Assembly: GCA_965227515.1 (NCBI GenBank)
Contig: CBDDFZ010000001.1
Coordinates: forward strand, 2,496,001-2,560,000
Direction of reading: 5' to 3'
Origin: Alphaproteobacteria bacterium
Lineage (GTDB): Bacteria > Pseudomonadota > Alphaproteobacteria > CALKHQ01
Length of the DNA stretch: 64,000 nucleotides
Below, in pieces: positions 35,404-43,958 of this stretch (position 1 is its first letter; every line of letters starts with the position of its first letter). The notes under the pieces were generated by a model. It was not told the DNA's origin, searched no databases, and was given only the letters and a program-made list of their open reading frames with translations. The position numbers were made by a program, and so were the translations under genes.

Positions 35404-36099
35404 ATGACGGCAAGGTTGATGCGCCGCGCAACGACGGCCCTGGCGGCACTGACAGGTACGGCCATTCTGGCGCTGTCCGGGCAAGAGGCACGGGCGCAGC
35501 AGCCCGACCTGACGATAGGCGAGATGGAGCTGCTGCGCGGGCCCGACTCCGGTGGCGACTGGTACGGCTACCGGGCCAGCAACCGCCATTTTCTGATCAA
35601 CGACGTCTCCGACGAGGGCCTCTATCGCTACTACTTCCGCCATGCCGACTTCCTGCGCGCGTTCACCATCAACGCCGACATACTGGAATTCGGGGGGCGG
35701 ACGCGGATCGGCGTGTTCTGCTGCGACCAGGGCGACGGCTCAGCCTACTTCGCCTATCTGCTCGATGCCGACGGGTCCGTCTCCGGCTGGGAGGTCGATC
35801 CCCAGGGCGGCCAGCTCAATATCGCCCAGGAACTGGGTGACGGACACATTGTGGCCGACGGGACGTGGTTCGAGATGACCGAAACACCGAACGGCATGGA
35901 AATCGCGATCAACGGCAACACGTTCTCGAGCTGGTCGTCGCCGGACCTGAGAATGGGACAGGCGGGGCTGATCGTCTGGGGCACCGGTATCTTCGCGGTC
36001 GACACATTCGACATCTATGTGCTGCCCGACGACCAGCCCGATCTGCCGCAAGAAGTGCCGCCGGAACCCGAACCCGGCGGCTCGACCTTGTTCCGCTAG
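35404..36099 (+). CDS. Hypothetical exported beta-rich protein
   Basis: RBS aaggag, signal peptide, aromatic/beta-strand pattern. Confidence 0.7.
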   Translation: MTARLMRRATTALAALTGTAILALSGQEARAQQPDLTIGEMELLRGPDSGGDWYGYRASNRHFLINDVSDEGLYRYYFRHADFLRAFTINADILEFGGRTRIGVFCCDQGDGSAYFAYLLDADGSVSGWEVDPQGGQLNIAQELGDGHIVADGTWFEMTETPNGMEIAINGNTFSSWSSPDLRMGQAGLIVWGTGIFAVDTFDIYVLPDDQPDLPQEVPPEPEPGGSTLFR

Positions 36100-36147
36100 C
36101 TGGTTCTTCGCTTACGCTAGGTTGGCACAGATCAACTGAAGAGCGTC

Positions 36148-36684
36148 TTAGTTTGGCTGGCTGCTGAGCGCCGCCGCTGCAATTGTTTGGACGGCCTTGG
36201 CGACAACCGGGTCGGCGCCACCTGACGGCTGGAGGTAGGCCTCGATTGCCCGCGCCAACGTCTCCGGCGACGCGGGGGGATGGGTCGGGCCGGGCGGTGC
36301 GAGCACGCTGCCCAGCATCTCGAGTTCGATGAACTCGGCCGACAGCTCCGCCTTCTTGATCGCGCCGCGCAGCTCGCCTCTGGCCGCCGTGTCGGCGCGC
36401 GGCTTCAGCCAACGCCGCGCGCCGCGCAGGGGCAGGACCACATTGGTCCGCCAGTCCGCGCTCGCGTCCGTCAGGCGGGCGAGCGTGTCCCGGTCGGACA
36501 CGTCGTTGCCGTTCCGGGCGGCCCAGCACAGGGCCAGCACCACACAGACGTCGGCGTCGCACCGGTCCTGCAGCAGCAGGCAGGCGTCGGCGACGCCGGG
36601 TTGGCCGTAGAGCGCGGTTGCGAAACCGATGATGTCCGGGGGCGTTGCGGACCCGCCAGCGGCGTCCTCAGACCTCGCCGACAT
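36148..36684 (-). CDS. TIGR02444/DUF2390-like protein
   Basis: FATALYGQPGVADACLLLQDRCDADV, WRTNVVLPLRGARR, KKAELSAE. Confidence 0.8.
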   Translation of the reverse strand: MSARSEDAAGGSATPPDIIGFATALYGQPGVADACLLLQDRCDADVCVVLALCWAARNGNDVSDRDTLARLTDASADWRTNVVLPLRGARRWLKPRADTAARGELRGAIKKAELSAEFIELEMLGSVLAPPGPTHPPASPETLARAIEAYLQPSGGADPVVAKAVQTIAAAALSSQPN

Positions 36685-37750
36685 AGATGCCGAGCCCGCG
36701 CGCGGTGCGGATCAGCGCGCCCTTCGGGTCCACCGCCTGGTAGCTGGCAATCGCATCCGGGATCGGCACGTCGACCACGTCACGGTTCTGCCACGCCACC
36801 ATGCGGTCGAACTTGCCTTCCGCGATCAGGTCGACCGCATGCACACCGAAGGCGGCGGCGACCATCCGGTCCGACGCGCTGGGCTGACCGCCGCGCTGGA
36901 CATGGCCCAGCACGGTGACCCGGGTTTCGGCCCCGGTGAGTTCGGAGATCTGCTCGCCGAGGTATTCGCCGACGCCGCCGTAGCGCACCTCGCCGTGCGA
37001 TTGCTGCTTGGTGATGCGCTCGCCGGATTCGCTGCGCACCGATTCCGCGCAGACCACCAGGGCGAAGTTGCGGCCCTGCGACTGCACCTGGCGAATGTGC
37101 TCGGCCATGTTTTCCAGGTTGTACTTGATCTCCGGGATCAGCACGACGTCCGCGCCGCCGGCGATGCCGGCGCCGAGTGCGATGTGGCCGGCGTCGCGCC
37201 CCATCAGCTCCAGGATCATCACCCGGTCGTGGCTGGCCGCGGTGGGCTGCAGGCGGTCCAGCGCCTCGGTCGCCACGTCGACGGCGGTGGCGTAACCGAT
37301 GGAAACCTCGGTCAGGCCGACGTCGTTGTCGATGGTCTTCGGGATCGCGACCATGTTGAGGCCGCCCTGTTGCGCCAGCTTGCGCAAGATATCCTGGCTG
37401 CCGTCACCGCCGATCACGATCAGCGCGTCCAGGCCCAGTTCGCGGTAGCCGCCGATCACTTCCTCCGACCGGTCCTTGCGGGTGCCGTCGGGCATGGGGA
37501 ACGCGAACGGGTCGCCGGTGTTGGTGGTGCCCAGGATAGTGCCGCCCATGCGGATGACCTGGCCATCGAAGTCGGCCAGGGTCAGGCGGCGATACGCCAC
37601 CGGGCGTTCCATCAGCCCGCGCGTGCCCTGCTTGATGCCGACAACCTGCCAATCGTAGGCGGTGATGGCGCGATAGACGCACGCCCGTATCACCGCGTTC
37701 AGGCCGGCGCAGTCGCCGCCGCTGGTCAAGATGCCGATGCGCTTGCTCAT
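36668..37750 (-). CDS. pfkA: 6-phosphofructokinase
   Basis: IGILTSGGDCAGLNAVIR, GGTILGT, IGGDGS, PKTIDND, ELMGRDAG, LGHVQRGG. Confidence 0.96.
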   Translation of the reverse strand: MSKRIGILTSGGDCAGLNAVIRACVYRAITAYDWQVVGIKQGTRGLMERPVAYRRLTLADFDGQVIRMGGTILGTTNTGDPFAFPMPDGTRKDRSEEVIGGYRELGLDALIVIGGDGSQDILRKLAQQGGLNMVAIPKTIDNDVGLTEVSIGYATAVDVATEALDRLQPTAASHDRVMILELMGRDAGHIALGAGIAGGADVVLIPEIKYNLENMAEHIRQVQSQGRNFALVVCAESVRSESGERITKQQSHGEVRYGGVGEYLGEQISELTGAETRVTVLGHVQRGGQPSASDRMVAAAFGVHAVDLIAEGKFDRMVAWQNRDVVDVPIPDAIASYQAVDPKGALIRTARGLGIYVGEV

Positions 37751-37980
37751 AGGCGTCATTCCTTTGTGCGGGGCCGCTGCTTGCGACGCCGTACGGTGAT
37801 TGCAACCGGTGCCGTGTTGGCCTTATCCTGCCCGCGGCCGCAGGACTGCGCGGCCTTTGCTCGTTCTGCTCGGCCCGATATCCATTGCCGATGGTGGTTG
37901 GTCGCGCGGCGCACCCGAAGGCCCGCCCATGATTTTTCGCGCGACGACTTGCGTTCCTGATTGCCCGTGGCCCGAATGCC

Positions 37981-38025
37981 CCGGGTCAGATTTCCCCGAG
38001 TCCGACTTTCCCGAGTCCGATTTCC
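37981..38025. repeat. 15-bp imperfect tandem repeat x3
   Basis: ccgggtcagatttcc / ccgagtccgactttc / ccgagtccgatttcc. Confidence 0.75.
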
Positions 38026-38035
38026 TTGTGCCTGA

Positions 38036-38275
38036 ATGACCGAGGACCAGACCGACGACCCGCAAGAGCCGGATGGGCTGAGCCCGGAAGGGGTCGCTAC
38101 GCGGTTGGCCAACCTGCGCCAGGAACACCGCGAGCTGGACGAAACCATTGCGCGTATAACCGAAGCCGGCAGTTTCGATCAACTGGAAGTCCAGCGCCTG
38201 AAAAAGAAAAAACTGCAATTGCGCGACGAGATCGCGGTGCTGGCGAGCAGGGGCTACCCCGACATCATCGCCTGA
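38036..38275 (+). CDS. DUF465/YdcH family small protein
   Basis: LRQEHRELDETI..QRLKKKKLQLRDEI..PDIIA. Confidence 0.9.
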   Translation: MTEDQTDDPQEPDGLSPEGVATRLANLRQEHRELDETIARITEAGSFDQLEVQRLKKKKLQLRDEIAVLASRGYPDIIA

Positions 38276-38305
38276 TCCTGATCTAGCATCGCCGGGGAGA
38301 CCGCC

Positions 38306-39169
38306 TTGAACATCGTAACCGACGTCATTCTGCCGATTGCGCTCGCCTTCATCATGTTCGCGCTGGGCCTGGGCCTGACGTTCCAGGACTTCGCGCGGGT
38401 GGCCAAGCGGCCGCGCGACTTCATCGTCGGCGCGGCATCGCAGCTCATCCTGCTGCCGCTGGTGGCATGGCTGCTGGTCAGCATCTGGCCGATGCAGCCG
38501 GAGCTGGCGCTCGGCGTCATGATCATTGCAGCGGCCCCCGGCGGCGTCACCTCCAACATCCTCACCGCGTTCGCGCGCGGCGACGTGGCGTTGTCGATCT
38601 CGCTGACCGCGGTCATCAGCCTGGTTTGCGTCATCACCGTGCCGCTGATCGTGGTGTTCGCCTATGGCGAGCTGGTGGGCGCCGACGCGGACTCCGACAT
38701 CTCGGTCACCGGCACCGCGCTCAGCGTGTTCGTCATCGTCACCGTGCCGGTGGTGCTCGGGCTCCTGGTGCGCCGCTTCGCCGAGACGTTCGCGCTGAGG
38801 TTCGAGAAGATCGCCCGCCACATCTCCACCGGCCTGTTCATGCTGGTGCTGGCGGGCGCCATCTATACCGAGCGCGACAATATCGTCGGCTATTTCGCCG
38901 AGGCCGGGCTGGTCACCCTGGTGCTGAACGTGGCGATGATGGTGCTGGCCTACCTGCTGGCCTGGGCGCTGGCCAGCGGCGTGCGCCAGCGGATCGCGAT
39001 CTCCATCGAGTGCGGCCTGCAGAACGGCACCCTGGCAATCGCGGTCGCGGCCCTGTTGTTCGAGGGCGGGCTGACCGTGGTGCCGGCCAGCACCTACAGC
39101 CTGATCATGTTCGCCACCGCGTTGATTTTCATCGCCTTCATCCGCCGCACGGTGCCTGCGGAGGCGTAG
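38306..39169 (+). CDS. Bile acid:sodium symporter family transporter
   Basis: IMFALGLGLT, APGGVTSN, ARGDVALSISLT, IECGLQNGTLA. Confidence 0.92.
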   Translation: MNIVTDVILPIALAFIMFALGLGLTFQDFARVAKRPRDFIVGAASQLILLPLVAWLLVSIWPMQPELALGVMIIAAAPGGVTSNILTAFARGDVALSISLTAVISLVCVITVPLIVVFAYGELVGADADSDISVTGTALSVFVIVTVPVVLGLLVRRFAETFALRFEKIARHISTGLFMLVLAGAIYTERDNIVGYFAEAGLVTLVLNVAMMVLAYLLAWALASGVRQRIAISIECGLQNGTLAIAVAALLFEGGLTVVPASTYSLIMFATALIFIAFIRRTVPAEA

Positions 39170-39208
39170 GGGGGGGCTGAACCAACTGGCCAGGCTGAAA
39201 CTCGCTTT

Positions 39209-39397
39209 GTCGCCCTCGCCGCCAATCACGAATCTTGGGTGGCGAGGGCCCATGGATGTGCAGGGCTGGAGACAAGCCTGAATGGTTCGATTTACGAAGT
39301 ATGTGGCGCGACAGTCGACCGCCACCAACACCGTGTTTCGTACCAAATATCGAAGCGCTGGACATGAATGGGTCCTCGCCACAAGGGCGAGGACGAC
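39209..39397. repeat. REP-like element, family B (paired GTCGCCCTCGCC hairpins)
   Basis: gtcgccctcgcc..gtggcgagggcccat ... atgggtcctcgccacaagggcgaggacgac. Confidence 0.83.
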
Positions 39398-39407
39398 GGT
39401 GAGGTTG

Positions 39408-39833
39408 CTAAGCCGGCGCGTCCTCGAAGGTGACGTTGTCGGCCACGAACGCCACGTAGCCGGCCAGCGCGCCGGCGAAGTCGAACGGCTTCTCGTACGA
39501 CCAGGCGAAGCTTTCCAGCCGCAGGGCGCCGTCGTCGTCCATCAGGTCGAAATACGATGCATCGCCCTTCAGCGGGCAGTGGGTGCTGCGCTGGTTGCGG
39601 CGCAGTGGCGCGATCACGTCGCCGGCCGGCACATAGACCACCGGGTCGTAGACGTCCTTGCCGACCTCCAGCACCCTCAGCGCATGCGCGGTCTCGGCCA
39701 GCAACTCGCCGCCGATGCGAATGCGCTGGCGGCGCGCCAGCGGCTTGATGCGCATGAAATGGCGCGGTTCGGCCGGGTTGTGGATGGTCTCGGCCGAGAA
39801 CGTGACGTCGGCCCGGCTCATGGCGTGGCTCAT
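39408..39833 (-). CDS. DUF427 domain protein
   Basis: ALRVLE..PVVYVP..THCPLKGDASYF..AWSYEKP..GYVAF. Confidence 0.9.
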   Translation of the reverse strand: MSHAMSRADVTFSAETIHNPAEPRHFMRIKPLARRQRIRIGGELLAETAHALRVLEVGKDVYDPVVYVPAGDVIAPLRRNQRSTHCPLKGDASYFDLMDDDGALRLESFAWSYEKPFDFAGALAGYVAFVADNVTFEDAPA

Positions 39834-40900
39834 GATATGGCCCTCCTATCTTCCGTTGTCGTGCGCGAGGCGGCTTCCGGCGCCACCGCCTGGAACCGCT
39901 TGCGGTACTCGTGCGGCGTGGTGCCGACCGTCTTCTTGAACAGGCGGCGGAACGAGCTGGCGTCCTCGTAGCCGACCGCCATCGCGACGGCGTCGACCGG
40001 GTCGGACGTGGTCTCCAGCATCTGCTTGGCCTCCTCGATCCTGAGGGTCTGGATGTAGTCGATGGGCGCGTAACCGGTAGCGTTGCGGAAGCGCCGCTTG
40101 AAGGTGCGGTCGGTGAGCCCGGAGCGTTGCGTGACCTGCTGGACCGGATTGGCGCGCTCGTAGTTCTGCGCAATCCAGGTCTGGCACTGGGCGATCACCG
40201 CGTCGTCGTGCTGGGTCGGCCGCACCATGGCGGCGAACGGCCGCTGGCCGTTGCTGCGGTCGCCGAACAGGAAGATCTTGGCGATGCGCCGCGCCTCCTC
40301 GTCGCCGCAGAACCGGGCGACCAGATAGAGCGAAAGGTCGGTCCACGACGCCGATCCGCCGGAGGTGACGATGTCGTGCGACGGGCCGGACGGCACCAGC
40401 ACACGCTCCGGCTTCAACCGCACATCGGGGAACAGCCGGCGGAAATGCATCTCCGCGCTCCAGTGGGATGTGGCCTCGCGGCTGTCCAGCAGGCCGGCCT
40501 CGGCCAGCAGCAGCGAGCCGGTGCACACGGAGCAGACGATTGCACCCCGCGCATGCTGGTCCAGGATCCAGCCAATCGCCGCCGGCCAGCGGCCATGCAG
40601 ATCGGCGTTCGGTTCCAGCGACAGATCGCTGACGATGACGATGTCGTAGCGCAACGCATCGTCGAACGTGCGGTCGGCCACCAGCGTCGCCCCCATCGCC
40701 GTGCGCATCGGGTCCAGCGACGCGCCGACGAGGCGCGGTGTCATCCGCCGCGTCTCCGTCTTTTCGCCGGTCAGCGACTCCCACACCGTGCCGACGCAGG
40801 CGAAGACCTCGTGCATGCCATAGGTGACGGCGGCCGAGCACTCCGGCAGGGCGACCAGGCCGACGGTCAGGTTTCGCTGTGGCAGATGCGATACGGGCAC
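39830..40900 (-). CDS. GlxA-type AraC transcriptional regulator (DJ-1 + HTH)
   Basis: SVCTGSLLLAEAGLLD..ATSHW; RTFKRRF..VGYEDASSFRRLFKK. Confidence 0.93.
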   Translation of the reverse strand: MPVSHLPQRNLTVGLVALPECSAAVTYGMHEVFACVGTVWESLTGEKTETRRMTPRLVGASLDPMRTAMGATLVADRTFDDALRYDIVIVSDLSLEPNADLHGRWPAAIGWILDQHARGAIVCSVCTGSLLLAEAGLLDSREATSHWSAEMHFRRLFPDVRLKPERVLVPSGPSHDIVTSGGSASWTDLSLYLVARFCGDEEARRIAKIFLFGDRSNGQRPFAAMVRPTQHDDAVIAQCQTWIAQNYERANPVQQVTQRSGLTDRTFKRRFRNATGYAPIDYIQTLRIEEAKQMLETTSDPVDAVAMAVGYEDASSFRRLFKKTVGTTPHEYRKRFQAVAPEAASRTTTEDRRAIS

Positions 40901-41024
40901 GAATCGCAGATTGGCATATTTGGCCTGTTTCTGTCCATTTTGCTTCTAACGGTTCGGTCTGGATTTCCCCACATATCGCCCTCTCAGCGCTGCAACCGGG
41001 CAGCGCACGACAGTGGAGGACGAC

Positions 41025-42422
41025 ATGCTAGCAACCACGCGCAGACGACTGGTCGGTGCCTCGATGGTCGGGGCTGGTGCGGTGCTCTCCGGCCTGGGCC
41101 GCCATGCGGCCGCCGCGGAGATCAGAACCAAGGGACATATCATGCTCGATAACGTGAACGGCCCCAGCAAGGGGCTGGTGGAGGCGGCGCATTTTCCGTT
41201 GATCGAGGCCATTCATGGCCGCCGGTCGCGCCGCTTCGCCCGTGGCAACGCTATCCCGTCGGGACCGTTGGCCTACACCTCCAAGCATGCGCCGGCAGCG
41301 CTGAGCGAGCTGGAGCAGATGCTGCTGCTCACCACGGTGGCCGGCAACACGGGCTGGACCAACCTGATCCCGCACAACCGGCTCTACCAGCCGCACCTGC
41401 CCAACTATGCCGGGGCGGCGGGCGGGCGCACGTTTCCGTCGGCGGCCGGGTTCCACACGTCGGACATCTTCTTCACCGACGACAATGGCACCTATTACAT
41501 GCCGACGCGCGACATGCCGTCGGTGGTGCCGCAGGACGGCCAGACCGACATGCAGGCGTACCTGGATGCGCACCGGTCGCGCATCGTCAAGCTGGCCGAC
41601 GGGCGGCTGAACGTGCCGCGCACGCCGAACCACATGGAGATGCACAACGAATGGTGCGCGAACGTGCCCGGCAGCACGCTGATCGTGCCGGTGGCCGATC
41701 TGGCTCAGCACATGATCCTGGTGCTGGCCTATCTGGTGCAGAACGGGGCGTGCATCTACGACGACGTCAACGACCGTCCGGTGCCGGGCATGGAGAAGTT
41801 CTCCAGCCTGGTCGATGTGGAGAACCCGTTTCCGTTGGCCTATGTCGAGCAGCTCAGCCTGACCGAGGTGACGGTGGAGACGTCCACGGCCTGCTATGCC
41901 GGCGCGCTGATGCTGCAGGCGATGGGCGTGGGCGGCTGGATGTACGACGGCATCAACCCGTTCAGCGTGCTCGGCGCCAGCGGCGATCCGGACGTGCCGG
42001 GGCTCGGCTTCCGCTACGACATGCTGCCGGGCAACCCGCTTCCGCACATCACCGGGCGCGACGGCGTGTTCGAGGGGCATTGCCCGCCGCATTTCCCCGA
42101 CATGCGCGCCGCGGTGGAAGCGGTGATCGCGCGCAAGTTCGGGCCGGGCGGGCCGTTCAACGCCGACACGGGCGGTCCCTACAAGGACAATGCCGCCGTC
42201 CGGTCGAGCGCTGCACCGATGAACGAGGCGTTCGTGGATTGCGTCGCCACCATGGCCACGTACATCTACGAGGAGTTCGGGCGTTTCCCGGCAACGGTGC
42301 CGGCGATCTTCGTGCTGATGTACCTGCAGGCGCACCAGCTCGACACCGAGTTCTACGACACCTATTTCGGGCCCGGTGCCTATCTGCGGACCCATGCCGA
42401 GCACGACCGCAACTGGGCCTGA
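41025..42422 (+). CDS. Uncharacterised protein, possible nitroreductase-like fold, twin-arginine-like leader
   Basis: RBS ggagga; TTRRRLVG + hydrophobic stretch + AAA; IEAIHGRRSRRF, RTFPSAAG, LMLQAMGVGGW. Confidence 0.75.
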   Translation: MLATTRRRLVGASMVGAGAVLSGLGRHAAAAEIRTKGHIMLDNVNGPSKGLVEAAHFPLIEAIHGRRSRRFARGNAIPSGPLAYTSKHAPAALSELEQMLLLTTVAGNTGWTNLIPHNRLYQPHLPNYAGAAGGRTFPSAAGFHTSDIFFTDDNGTYYMPTRDMPSVVPQDGQTDMQAYLDAHRSRIVKLADGRLNVPRTPNHMEMHNEWCANVPGSTLIVPVADLAQHMILVLAYLVQNGACIYDDVNDRPVPGMEKFSSLVDVENPFPLAYVEQLSLTEVTVETSTACYAGALMLQAMGVGGWMYDGINPFSVLGASGDPDVPGLGFRYDMLPGNPLPHITGRDGVFEGHCPPHFPDMRAAVEAVIARKFGPGGPFNADTGGPYKDNAAVRSSAAPMNEAFVDCVATMATYIYEEFGRFPATVPAIFVLMYLQAHQLDTEFYDTYFGPGAYLRTHAEHDRNWA

Positions 42423-42442
42423 GCCCCGATAACACCAACATG

Positions 42443-42470
42443 GAAACGGCCGCCGCACGGTGGCCGTTTT
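42443..42470 (+). terminator. Putative intrinsic terminator
   Basis: gaaacggccgcc-gcac-ggtggccgtttt stem-loop about 20 bp after the stop at 42422. Confidence 0.6.
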
Positions 42471-42510
42471 CGTGTGCAAGAAACGATTGCCAGCCGATGG
42501 CTGGGAAAGT

Positions 42511-42527
42511 ACTTTGCATTACAAACT
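42511..42527. promoter_or_regulatory. Palindromic operator, copy 1
   Basis: ACTTTGCATTACAAACT, 17 bp before the ATG at 42545; similar to 43904-43920. Confidence 0.65.
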
Positions 42528-42544
42528 TGATCGGCGAGGGGTCG

Positions 42545-43195
42545 ATGACCGAACTGGAACGGGCGCTGAGCGACATCCGCGAGATGCGGGCGCAGATGGC
42601 GCGGGGTGCGGCCTTCAAGGGCTATGGGCCGGTGGCGTTCGGCGCCACCGCTGCGATCGCGCTGTTGGCGGCCGTTGCGCAGTGGCTGTTCCTGGACGAC
42701 CCCGCGGCGATCTCCGACATCCACGTCGGTGCCGCGTTCGTGCGCACCTACATGGTGCTGTGGGGCGGTGCCGGCATCCTGGCCGCCGCGATCATCGGCG
42801 CGGAGGTCGTGCTGCGCGCGCATCGCGAGCATGTGGGCCTGGCCGACGACATGATCCGGGCCGCCGCCTGGCAGATGCTGCCGGCGCTGATCGCCGGCGT
42901 GTTGCTGACCGGCGTGCTGCTGGCCTATGCGCCGCTGTCGCTGTGGCTGCTGCCGGGCCTGTGGCAGATCCTGGTCAGCCTGGGCGTGTTCGCATCGCGG
43001 CAGTCGCTGCCGGCGCCGTTCGTGGCCGTGGGCTTCTGGTACATGGCGACCGGGCTCGGCTGCATGGCGCTGGCTCAGGGGCCAGAGGCGTTCTCGCCCT
43101 GGGTGATGGGGCTGCCGTTCGTGCTGGGGCAGGCGATGGCCGCGGTGCTTATTCATCGAGGTGAGGGAACCAACGGGAGTTTGCGACATGGCTGA
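42545..43195 (+). CDS. Hypothetical integral membrane protein
   Basis: MTELERALSDIREMRAQM followed by about 6 TM segments; overlaps the next gene. Confidence 0.8.
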   Translation: MTELERALSDIREMRAQMARGAAFKGYGPVAFGATAAIALLAAVAQWLFLDDPAAISDIHVGAAFVRTYMVLWGGAGILAAAIIGAEVVLRAHREHVGLADDMIRAAAWQMLPALIAGVLLTGVLLAYAPLSLWLLPGLWQILVSLGVFASRQSLPAPFVAVGFWYMATGLGCMALAQGPEAFSPWVMGLPFVLGQAMAAVLIHRGEGTNGSLRHG

Positions 43196-43583
43196 GGGGG
43201 CCGGGAACAGCGGCCGCTTCGCCTATGACGGCCTCGACCGGGTGATGCACGAGAAGGCGCGGCTCGGCCTGCTGACGTCGCTGGTGCCGCATCGCGATGG
43301 GCTGACGTTCGGCGACCTGAAGCGGTTGTGCGACCTCACTGACGGTAACCTCAGCCGGCATCTCGCGGTGCTGGAGGAGGCGGGGTTGGTCGCTATCGAC
43401 AAGTCGTTCGTGAACAACCGGCCGCAGACCCGCTGCCGGATGACGGACGAGGGCCGCGCGCGCTTCGCGGAGTATCTGGCCGTGCTGGAACAGGTGGTGC
43501 GCGACGCGGTGGCCTCGGAAAAGGCGGCGGGCGCAGCGGCGGAGGACGACGAGGATCCGGGCGGGGCACTGGCCCCGGCCTGA
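43188..43583 (+). CDS. Winged-helix transcriptional regulator (ArsR/MarR-like, HTH_34-type)
   Basis: LDRVMHEKARLGLLTSL, LTDGNLSRHLAVLEEAG, RPQTRCRMT. Confidence 0.9.
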   Translation: MAEGAGNSGRFAYDGLDRVMHEKARLGLLTSLVPHRDGLTFGDLKRLCDLTDGNLSRHLAVLEEAGLVAIDKSFVNNRPQTRCRMTDEGRARFAEYLAVLEQVVRDAVASEKAAGAAAEDDEDPGGALAPA

Positions 43584-43648
43584 GTGCGGCCGCGCCATTT
43601 GGAGATGAACCATCGCTGTCATTTGTTCGACAGAACAACATTCTCGAT

Positions 43649-43791
43649 GTCATGGCCGGGCTTGACCCGGCCATCCACGCGGTTGTTGCGATACGCCGGC
43701 ATCGCCAGAGACAGTCATCATCGGCGTGGATGCGCCCTCGGGCTCGGCCGGAGGACGACCCAAGGACAGGCTTCTCAAGTCCGCGCATGAC
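43649..43791. repeat. REP-like element, family A, with nested insert in the second hairpin
   Basis: gtcatggccgggcttgacccggccatccacg...cgtggatgcg[insert]caagtccgcgcatgac. Confidence 0.82.
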
Positions 43792-43903
43792 GGATGTGGA
43801 TTGGAGACCGAGTGAGCCATCTGTTCGATAGCTCGTAACGGGTGGTTGGTATCGCGGGTAGTGGGGCGACCAGGGGCACAGTGCGCCTGAATTTCGCCGA
43901 CAT

Positions 43904-43920
43904 GCTTTGCAATACAAAGT
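43904..43920. promoter_or_regulatory. Palindromic operator, copy 2
   Basis: GCTTTGCAATACAAAGT upstream of the DUF4153-like gene. Confidence 0.65.
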
Positions 43921-43958
43921 TATTGGCATTGATCAAGAGTGTGCTTTGGAGACAGGGA

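Noticed and set aside
41651-43195. 514-aa ORF spanning two genes
   Set aside because: The N-terminal part is an off-frame read of the 41025-42422 gene and crosses a terminator; the real start is ATG 42545.
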